Source: an uncultured Candidatus Saccharibacteria bacterium (GTDB lineage: Bacteria > Patescibacteriota > Minisyncoccia > Phycocordibacterales > Phycocordibacteraceae). From it: DNA of 64,000 nucleotides. Within the stretch, counting starts at the first letter, position 1. The number at the start of each line of letters is the position of its first letter. Location of the stretch: NCBI GenBank assembly GCA_964546795.1, contig CAZJKG010000001.1:61690-125689 (forward strand), written 5' to 3'. Below, piece after piece: positions 38,172 to 44,982 of this stretch. The notes below the pieces were generated by a model that was not told where the DNA came from, did no database searches, and saw only the letters and a program-made list of their open reading frames with translations. Made by a program: the position numbers and the translations under genes.

Positions 38172-39578
38172 ATGAAAGAAATCGTGCAAGATGGCACGCC
38201 AGTGTTGCGCGATATCGCATTGCCCGTGCCCGAGGATCTCTTCGGCACCCCGGAGCTCGTGCATCTCATCAAGGACATGGAGGAGGCGCTCGACAAAGAG
38301 ACCGAGGGCGTCGCACTCGCCGCGCCGCAAATAGGAGTGTCGTACCGCGTCTTCATCGTAAGGAAAGACAGAACCCGTCCTTCGCCAAAGGCTACGGAGG
38401 GCACAGCACTTCCCCTACACGCGCCGCGAAGCGGCGCGTCGGGCAAACTTTTAGCGGAGTCGGAAGTTTTAGCCCCCGAAATAGAGGTCTTTATCAATCC
38501 CGAGATTGTAAAGACCTCCCGCAAGCGAGCAAAGACAGACGAAGGATGTCTCTCGGTTCGCGGCGTGTACGGCACGACCAACCGGCACGAACGCGTTACC
38601 ATCCGCGCCCGTCGTCCTGACGGCTCTAAACTAACGCGCGGCGCCGGCGGACTCTTGGCGCAAATATTCGAACATGAAATAGACCATTTGAACGGCATCC
38701 TCTTTATTGACCATGCCGAACATCTCATTCACATAAAGCGTCAATTGGAGCATCGCTTCGCCTATTTCGGTACGCCCCATGTCGCGAGCGATACGCTTGC
38801 CATTCTCATCGAACGCGGGTTTGTACCTTCCGTCGTTGTAACTTCTCCGGACGCGCCGAAAGGTCGGGGTCTTGCTCTTGCACCGTCCGAAACGAAAAAG
38901 CTCGCGCTTGTACACGGTATCCCCGTCATGACTCCGGAAAAATTAGACGCAAATGCAATCGCTGAGATAAATACATTCGCATGCGACTATGCCGTCGTCG
39001 TCGCCTACGGCAAGATATTTCCCGAAGAGCTTATAACCGCATTCCCCCGAGGCGTGGTAAATGTCCATTATTCACTTCTGCCGAAATATCGCGGAGCGAC
39101 ACCGCTTGAGACGGCTCTCCTTTCGGGCGACACGGAGACCGGCGTGACTATACAAGAAATGGTGCGTGAACTTGATGCGGGCGACATCATTGCGCAGAAG
39201 ACCACCGAAATTGCGCTGTTTGAGACCGCGCGCGAGCTGCGAGCGCGACTCATCGATATGGGAGCTTCCCTGCTTGCCGACACTCTCCCCGAATACGCAG
39301 CGGGGCGCATTGAGCCAGTTCCGCAAGACGCCTCCCGCGTCACGCGCACGAGGAAACTCAAAAAAGAAGACGGGCTTCTCTCACTTGATGCTCCTGCCGA
39401 AGTGAACTGGAACAAATACCGCGCATATGCCGACACTATCGGCACCTATTTCTTTGATCCGCCAATCGGCGGAGGTAAGCGAATTAAAATAACGGCGGCC
39501 TCATTTAAAAACGGGGTATTTGTCATCGAGCGCGTCATTCCCGAAGGTAAACGCGAGATGAACTACTCCGCGCGGTAA
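38172..39578 (+). CDS. def-fmt: Peptide deformylase - methionyl-tRNA formyltransferase fusion
   Basis: GVALAAPQIG, EGCLS, HEIDHLNG, then in frame FAYFGTP, VVVAYG, NVHYSLLPKYRGA, ETGVT, LDAGD. Confidence 0.93.
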   Translation: MKEIVQDGTPVLRDIALPVPEDLFGTPELVHLIKDMEEALDKETEGVALAAPQIGVSYRVFIVRKDRTRPSPKATEGTALPLHAPRSGASGKLLAESEVLAPEIEVFINPEIVKTSRKRAKTDEGCLSVRGVYGTTNRHERVTIRARRPDGSKLTRGAGGLLAQIFEHEIDHLNGILFIDHAEHLIHIKRQLEHRFAYFGTPHVASDTLAILIERGFVPSVVVTSPDAPKGRGLALAPSETKKLALVHGIPVMTPEKLDANAIAEINTFACDYAVVVAYGKIFPEELITAFPRGVVNVHYSLLPKYRGATPLETALLSGDTETGVTIQEMVRELDAGDIIAQKTTEIALFETARELRARLIDMGASLLADTLPEYAAGRIEPVPQDASRVTRTRKLKKEDGLLSLDAPAEVNWNKYRAYADTIGTYFFDPPIGGGKRIKITAASFKNGVFVIERVIPEGKREMNYSAR

Positions 39579-39639
39579 ACCTTAAAAAAGGTAGCGCTCC
39601 GGGCCGCTAGGCCAAGTCCTACTACCTTTTTTAAGGTTT
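39577..39639 (+). repeat. Structured intergenic repeat family A, copy 3 (internally deleted)
   Basis: 18-bp perfect arms AAACCTTAAAAAAGGTAG/CTACCTTTTTTAAGGTTT around a core identical to 3640-3672. Confidence 0.9.
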
Positions 39640-39655
39640 GCCGGCTCCGTAAAAT

Positions 39656-40018
39656 TCAGCGGCCAAAGCGCAGCATCCGCTTGAGCGCAGCGCCGCCGCG
39701 CCTCAGCAGTCGTCGAGTGCGCCCGCGCGAACGCCGTATCTCGGCTTCAAGCTCACTGCGGACCCTGTCCGCAGCGCTCTCGGGAGACGGCTTCACCGCC
39801 TCTGCATGAAAGACCTGTCCGTCCACCGTAAGCCGCGCGACGAGGCGGCAGGGCTCCGACGAACGGCCCTCAGGCGGCGCCTCCTCTATCTCTATCTCAA
39901 GTAATGCCGTATCACCTTTCTCGCCAAGAAGGCGTAGTGGGGCCGCAAGTTTTTCTTCAAGGATCGCTTCCGTCTCTGGAGTAAGTCGGTACTTCGTTGC
40001 TTTGATGGTGATATTCAT
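39656..40018 (-). CDS. hpf: Ribosome hibernation factor HPF/RaiA family
   Basis: MNITIKAT...LTPE....EEKL, VDGQVFHAEA...AAD fold pattern. Confidence 0.8.
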   Translation of the reverse strand: MNITIKATKYRLTPETEAILEEKLAAPLRLLGEKGDTALLEIEIEEAPPEGRSSEPCRLVARLTVDGQVFHAEAVKPSPESAADRVRSELEAEIRRSRGRTRRLLRRGGAALKRMLRFGR

Positions 40019-40031
40019 GACGGGGCAAATG

Positions 40032-40271
40032 TCAGTTGTTAATACTGATCATCTTAGCGCGTGAACGGTGTCCTGTCAGTATGCGCACCTTTCCGAGGGG
40101 CTTTCCGAATCGCTTGGCCAGTATCTCGCGCACGCGATCATTCGCACGGTTCCCGAGTGCGGGCTCCCTCACTGATATCGCAAGCATCTCGCCTTCTTCC
40201 GCGCCTTTGGCGGGATGAACCTCAATCTTCTCGCGCTTAGCGTCCGGTGTGACAAATACTTTGATATACAT
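40032..40271 (-). CDS. DUF167 (YggU) family protein
   Basis: IKVFVTPDAKRE, VREPA..NRAN, ILTGHRSRAK. Confidence 0.88.
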   Translation of the reverse strand: MYIKVFVTPDAKREKIEVHPAKGAEEGEMLAISVREPALGNRANDRVREILAKRFGKPLGKVRILTGHRSRAKMISINN

Positions 40272-40360
40272 AATCAGTATCGTAACACCGCGTCGGCACA
40301 TCCATTGCGACATGTGATTTTTCAGTTAGAATGTGGACACGCCCTCTTTACGGGGGTTTA

Positions 40361-40405
40361 AAACATTCCGGGATAGCTCTCCGCCGGCTGGCGGAGGTAG
40401 AGCGG
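40361..40405 (+). pseudogene. Duplicated 5' fragment of tRNA-Asn with a 16-bp palindrome replacing part of the D-loop
   Basis: AAACATTCCGGGATAGCTC[TCCGCCGGCTGGCGGA]GGTAGAGC versus intact AAACATATTCCGGGATAGCTC-AAT-GGTAGAGC. Confidence 0.85.
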
Positions 40406-40442
40406 TTACAATCCGGGGTCGAGAGTTCGTTCGTAAACATAT

Positions 40443-40735
40443 TCCGGGATAGCTCAATGGTAGAGCAGCGCCCTGTGGCTTACGCAGCTTTTCAGAGGAA
40501 TCTGGATCGAATAACGAGGTGAATTGCTGGAAACCCTTCGTGGGCAATCAGCAGCCAAGTCCCGCCGTCGGCTGGAAAGGTTCAGAGACTATCCCGAAAG
40601 GGAGTACTGTCCCGATGTAAAGTCGGAATGGGAAGCGCCTCGCACCGAGAAACGGTGATGATATAGTCCATCCCTTTTGGAAACTTAAGGAGCGATGTAA
40701 GGCGTTGGTTGCAGGTTCGAGTCCTGCTCCCGGAG
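40443..40735 (+). tRNA. tRNA-Asn (GTT), intron-containing: exons 40443-40476 and 40698-40735
   Basis: Spliced product: acceptor TCCGGGA/TCCCGGA, G73, anticodon arm GCGCC-CTGT|TAA-GGCGT, T arm GCAGG-TTCGAGT-CCTGC. Confidence 0.93.
40477..40697 (+). ncRNA. Group I self-splicing intron (221 nt, no ORF)
   Basis: P AATTGCTGGAAA, Q AATCAGCAG, R TTCAGAGACTA, S GATATAGTCC; P3 GAGGT/GCCTC; P1 with U-G at the 5' splice site; terminal G. Confidence 0.93.
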
Positions 40736-40738
40736 CTA

Positions 40739-40786
40739 GAAAAAGTTAGGCCCTGATGCGGACAGCATTGGGGTCTTACTTTTTCT
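40739..40786 (+). terminator. Intrinsic terminator after tRNA-Asn
   Basis: AAAAGTTAGGCCCTGATGC-ggaca-GCATTGGGGTCTTACTTTTT. Confidence 0.7.
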
Positions 40787-40924
40787 CTCCGCGGACAGGA
40801 CTCGAAAGCGAGCGCGGGTACCAGTCGAGCACGACTGGTCGCGCGAGGCGGCTCGCGAAATACTGGAGCGACGGCGACAGTATTTTGTGAGAGAGATGCG
40901 TACTCGCGATCCTGCTCCCGGAGC
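40787..40924. repeat. Structured element bounded by antisense and sense copies of the tRNA-Asn 3' end
   Basis: CTCCGCGGACAGGACTCGAA (approximate reverse complement of TTCGAGTCCTGCTCCCGGAG) ... TCCTGCTCCCGGAGC (exact 15-nt copy). Confidence 0.8.
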
Positions 40925-40987
40925 AAAATAACCGTAGGTCGGTTCAAGATGGCACTTTAGGGTGCTATTTTGCTACAATTGAGAATA

Positions 40988-41326
40988 ATGGAAAACAAAT
41001 ATCAGAGTGAAATAACAGTGCTACTCAAGCAAGTTCGTCCAAGACTTTCCACCACACACCAATTAGAATTCAAAAATGTATTTGGTGCAGTTGGTGGTTA
41101 TATCAACGGGCACATATTTATTTCGTGTGGAAAGTTTGGAGTTGCGCTTCGGCTTCCGCCGGAAACTCTTGACCAACTTTTTCACGAAAAGAAAGCAAAA
41201 CGCCTTAAATATTTTCCCAAAGGACATATCAAAAAAGAGTATGCGGTGCTTTCAAAACAAGTGCTTGAAAATAAACAAAGGCTGAAAAAACTCGTGGATG
41301 AAAGTATTAAATTTGTGGTAAAATGA
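40988..41326 (+). CDS. TfoX/Sxy N-terminal domain-like protein
   Basis: FKNVFGAVGGYING.IF...LRLP...KEYAV. Confidence 0.75.
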   Translation: MENKYQSEITVLLKQVRPRLSTTHQLEFKNVFGAVGGYINGHIFISCGKFGVALRLPPETLDQLFHEKKAKRLKYFPKGHIKKEYAVLSKQVLENKQRLKKLVDESIKFVVK

Positions 41327-41366
41327 AAAGGTCGAAAACATAAATTAACAACTAATCAAAAACATT

Positions 41367-41546
41367 ATGAAGACACTTACATGTGACCTGTGCGAAGTGG
41401 CAGCGGAAGGTGAGACATTTGAGGCATGGATGAAAGCACTTCACCCTCATTATATGGAGGTCCACGCAGATGTTATGAAAAACTCTAAAGAAGGAGATGA
41501 GCAGAAATGGATGGTGGAAAACAAAGCAAGATTTGACGCTGTCTAA
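41367..41546 (+). CDS. 59-aa metal-binding microprotein (DUF1059-like; not in ORF track)
   Basis: MKTLTCDLCEVAAEGETFEAWMKALHPHYMEVH...; CxxC plus HxxxxH. Confidence 0.75.
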   Translation: MKTLTCDLCEVAAEGETFEAWMKALHPHYMEVHADVMKNSKEGDEQKWMVENKARFDAV

Positions 41547-41575
41547 AACGTACATAAAAAATCTTCTAGCGCATC

Positions 41576-41875
41576 ATGCCAAAGAATACTTACAAGATGC
41601 GTTCAAAAGTATGGCCGTATCCCGGTATGGCGGCATGGCGATTCCTCACTCTGGCAAAAAAGCAGGGGCAGGAAATAAAAAAGAAATTTGGTCGATATGC
41701 CAGAGGATGGGGTTCACTCCCCGTTTCGGTAGCTATAGGAACAACGGTCTGGAACACTTCGATTTTTCCTGATAAGAAGTCAGGGTCGTATGTCCTTCCA
41801 CTCAAGGCGAAGATAAGAAAGATTGAGAACATATCCGACCACTCAACCGTGTCGTTTGTTCTAACGTTACGATAG
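41576..41875 (+). CDS. DUF1905 domain protein
   Basis: VWPYPG.AAWRF, GWGSLPV...G...W.TSIFP...SYVLPLK. Confidence 0.85.
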   Translation: MPKNTYKMRSKVWPYPGMAAWRFLTLAKKQGQEIKKKFGRYARGWGSLPVSVAIGTTVWNTSIFPDKKSGSYVLPLKAKIRKIENISDHSTVSFVLTLR

Positions 41876-41907
41876 TAACCTCTATCTTTCCATATCGGTT
41901 AGATTAG

Positions 41908-42096
41908 GTGATGACTGAACGTATAACATTGAAATTATTCTGGATGATGATGCTGTTGTGCGCGGGGTCGGCGCTAACCCTTATCTGGGTGGGCGACGTT
42001 TTTCCGGAGAAAATCGTCCCCACCTTCTTTATCTTAGGTTTCGCGAGCTTCTTAATTTGGGCACCCCTGGTTATCTACCGATTCTTGGCAAAATAG
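41908..42096 (+). CDS. Small two-TM membrane protein
   Basis: 62 aa hydrophobic ORF. Confidence 0.6.
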   Translation: MMTERITLKLFWMMMLLCAGSALTLIWVGDVFPEKIVPTFFILGFASFLIWAPLVIYRFLAK

Positions 42097-42124
42097 CGGT
42101 TTTGGATAAAAACGATTCTTTCAT

Positions 42125-42376
42125 TCAACGATGAATGCATCCGGCCCAACAACAAGGTCGGCGTATCCCTTCTATAAGTTCCGTACGTGTCCTCTCGATG
42201 CGGTGACTCCTCGTCTCCGGTTTTTTGGCGGACATAATCCAGCAAATCCATTCATTGCGTGCGAGCGGAGTAATATCTTCCCATGCCGCTCGCGCCGTTG
42301 GAGCCGAAATAAAGGTCTTTCGTAAATCCGCTGGCATCCTGTGTACCGCACCAGTAGCGATTCCTTTTTTGGTCAT
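42125..42376 (-). CDS. YdeI/OmpD-associated family protein
   Basis: PADL...W..ITPLARNEWICWI.SAKKPETR..RI..RRPCCW.GC. Confidence 0.88.
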   Translation of the reverse strand: MTKKGIATGAVHRMPADLRKTFISAPTARAAWEDITPLARNEWICWIMSAKKPETRSHRIERTRTELIEGIRRPCCWAGCIHR

Positions 42377-42445
42377 AGGATTACTTTATCAAATTCTCTC
42401 GGTCATGGCGGTTCGAACATTCTCTATCTAGCGGGGCCAAACAAT

Positions 42446-42889
42446 TCAATCACCCAGATCAAGCAGCTTCACTGGCTTCATCACGGCTTTGGGGTTTTGT
42501 TTCCATTCGTCCGACACATCTGCATAGAGTTCAAGTTCGTTAGCATCCGGATCAAGTATGTAGATGCTGTGCGTGACAGTATGATTGCCGGTGCCTACGA
42601 TCGTGACACCTTTTTCTTTCAGTTCACGATATGCTTGCTTCGCATCGTCGGTTGAATTGCCTATCTTGAATCCAATATGGTAAAGACCGGGAGTCGGAAA
42701 TCCCCTTTGGATCGGACTTCCACCGACTTCAATGAGCAACAATTCGTGATGGGTTCTCCCGGAAGAAAATAATGCCATCCCTCCATCACGATGAATCTCA
42801 TGAAAACCTAATGTATTACGGTAGAAGTCAGCTGAACGCTTTAGGTTAGAAACATAGAGAACGACATGGCCAAGTTCCTTAATCTGCAT
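42446..42889 (-). CDS. VOC/glyoxalase family protein
   Basis: LGHVVLYV...S..FY, GLYHIGF, SIYILDPDANELEL. Confidence 0.92.
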   Translation of the reverse strand: MQIKELGHVVLYVSNLKRSADFYRNTLGFHEIHRDGGMALFSSGRTHHELLLIEVGGSPIQRGFPTPGLYHIGFKIGNSTDDAKQAYRELKEKGVTIVGTGNHTVTHSIYILDPDANELELYADVSDEWKQNPKAVMKPVKLLDLGD

Positions 42890-42962
42890 GGGATCATTGT
42901 ACCCTTTTACGGGTCCGAACATTCCTTATCCGGCAAAGTAAAGGTTGGTGTAGAATGTGCCC

Positions 42963-43757
42963 ATGGCGGATACCCGTACCGAACAGAAGAATAATAAAAT
43001 CTGGGAGAATGTCTTGGTGAGAGGTGTGCATAAATTTAATAGAGCACGGTCTTTGTTCAGATATATTCCCTCCAATCCGCGCTGCCGCATGTGCAATGCG
43101 CCGTTCGGGAATATCGGAGCGCCGATAATGCGCTGGTTCTATAACAAGCGCCCTTCAAACCGCAACCCGAACTTCTGCAATTTCTGCGAGACCATGGCGA
43201 GAGACAATCCCGGTGGAGCGGAAGTGGAACTCTCCATGCTTTTCGCTGATATCCGCAACTCCACAGGGCTTGCTGAGACCATGGACGCGACGATGTTCAG
43301 AAGTTTGTTGAACCGTTTTTATGAGGTTTCCAGCAATGCACTCGTCAACACCGATGCGATGATAGACAAGCTTGTGGGAGATGAAATCATCGGCCTCTAT
43401 ATTCTCGGTATTGCGGGACCGAATCACGCCCAAAAGGCGCTTCAGGGGGCAAAGGATATACTTCAGAAAACCGGGCACGCCGACCAAGGCGGGCCGTGGC
43501 TGCCGGTGGGTGTCGGTATCCACACCGGCATTGCCTTCGTGGGGTCAGTGGGATCAACGGACAGTTTCCTTGATTTCACCGCATTAGGAGACGCCATGAA
43601 TACTACGGCGCGCATCGCAAGCAAAGCGGGAGCGGGAGAGATTTTAATGAGCGACACTGCGTTCCGTGCGGCGCATCTTGAAAACGATGCGGAAGAACGT
43701 GTATTGGAATTAAAAGGAAAAAGCCAGCCGGTTATCGTTCGCGTCCTGCATAGTTAA
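42963..43757 (+). CDS. Class III adenylate/guanylate cyclase with N-terminal Cys4 motif
   Basis: LFADIRNST, DKLVGDE, GVGIHTG, FTALGDAMNTTAR, ELKGK. Confidence 0.92.
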   Translation: MADTRTEQKNNKIWENVLVRGVHKFNRARSLFRYIPSNPRCRMCNAPFGNIGAPIMRWFYNKRPSNRNPNFCNFCETMARDNPGGAEVELSMLFADIRNSTGLAETMDATMFRSLLNRFYEVSSNALVNTDAMIDKLVGDEIIGLYILGIAGPNHAQKALQGAKDILQKTGHADQGGPWLPVGVGIHTGIAFVGSVGSTDSFLDFTALGDAMNTTARIASKAGAGEILMSDTAFRAAHLENDAEERVLELKGKSQPVIVRVLHS

Positions 43758-43762
43758 TGAAT

Positions 43763-44965
43763 TTACGCTGCATATTGCGGACGTTGGCGTCCATATACGA
43801 AAAATAATAAAGCCAAGAGCGCCACGCATGATAAGGTGGCGCCAAACATGAATGGGGCCGCCGGACTCACTTTTTCCCATAATAAGCCGGCAATAATACT
43901 CGCGGGAAGTGCGATGACCCCGAGGGCAGCATTGTAGATGCCATACGCCCGCCCGCGATGATCCGCAGGCACCATGTCCGCCACAAACGCTTTTGCAACC
44001 CCTTCGGTAGTCGCATAATACAGACCGTAGAATGCAAAGAGGATCCATATCTGGTAGCTCGCGCTCGCGAACGCAAATCCTGCGTACGCGAGCGCGTAGG
44101 CGAGCCAGCCGAGCATGATGACTTTTTCTCTCCCGATCCGATCCGACAGAGTCCCGAGCGGCACGGATGCGACCGCATAGACGAAATTGAAAAGCGCGAA
44201 GACAAGCGGAATCGCAAGGAGTGTGACTCCAAGGTTCTGTGCTCTCAAAATAAGGAAAGCGTCAGAGGAATTTCCCAGGCCGAACAGCAACATAATGCCG
44301 AGGAATATATAGAAGGAACGTGGGAGAGCTACTTTCACTCCGGTCTCCATTGCTTTGTTCTGTACAGGACTCTCTTGCACTTTGAACTTCAATATCAGGA
44401 GCGTGATGACAAGAGGTATCGCTGTGATGAGAAGTATGATGTGGTATTTCGCCACACTGTCTTGCAGCAGATAGAGCAACCCGAAGAGTGCGAGCGGGCC
44501 GATGACCGAACCAAACGTATCGAGCATGCGCGCGATGCCGAATCCCCTACCGCGGTTATGTGCCTGCGTAGAATCCGCAATAAGGGCATCCTTGGGAGAA
44601 TCCTTCATTCCCTTTCCGATGCCGTCGAGGAAGCGGAGGCCGAGAATAAGGCCGCTTGATGCAGTAAGGGCAAGCATCGGCCGAGCGATGAGCGAAAAGA
44701 AATAGCCGAGGAATATGAATGGTTTTTTCTTTCCGAGACGATCGACAAAAAAGCCCGAAAGTATTTTAAACACACTCGCCCCGCTTGTGACCAAACCCTC
44801 GGAAATGCCGATGAACACTTTGTCGAAACCCAGTACGTTTGTAAGATAGAGTGGAAGGATAGGGATGAAGATATCTTGGCTGATACCGCCAAAGAAACTC
44901 AAGAGACCAATGTAGAATACGTTCCCCGCTTTTTTCTTTTCCGTAACGTCTTTAATCTCATGCAT
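43763..44965 (-). CDS. MFS transporter
   Basis: ~12 TM segments; G.FVDRLGKK and GTLSDRIGR motifs. Confidence 0.93.
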   Translation of the reverse strand: MHEIKDVTEKKKAGNVFYIGLLSFFGGISQDIFIPILPLYLTNVLGFDKVFIGISEGLVTSGASVFKILSGFFVDRLGKKKPFIFLGYFFSLIARPMLALTASSGLILGLRFLDGIGKGMKDSPKDALIADSTQAHNRGRGFGIARMLDTFGSVIGPLALFGLLYLLQDSVAKYHIILLITAIPLVITLLILKFKVQESPVQNKAMETGVKVALPRSFYIFLGIMLLFGLGNSSDAFLILRAQNLGVTLLAIPLVFALFNFVYAVASVPLGTLSDRIGREKVIMLGWLAYALAYAGFAFASASYQIWILFAFYGLYYATTEGVAKAFVADMVPADHRGRAYGIYNAALGVIALPASIIAGLLWEKVSPAAPFMFGATLSCVALLALLFFVYGRQRPQYAA

Positions 44966-44982
44966 GCATAAAAGTATAGCTT

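Noticed and set aside
40443-40735. Reading the split tRNA as tRNA-Thr(TGT) or as a fragmented pseudogene
   Set aside because: Only the junction after 40476 with omega-G at 40697 gives a 7-nt loop, a U-G splice pair and P10; G73 and the GUU anticodon fit Asn.
40910-40924. tRNA 3'-end direct repeat as attR of a prophage or integrative element
   Set aside because: Only ~175 nt separate the copies, and there is no integrase or phage gene in the window; reported instead as a fold-back element.
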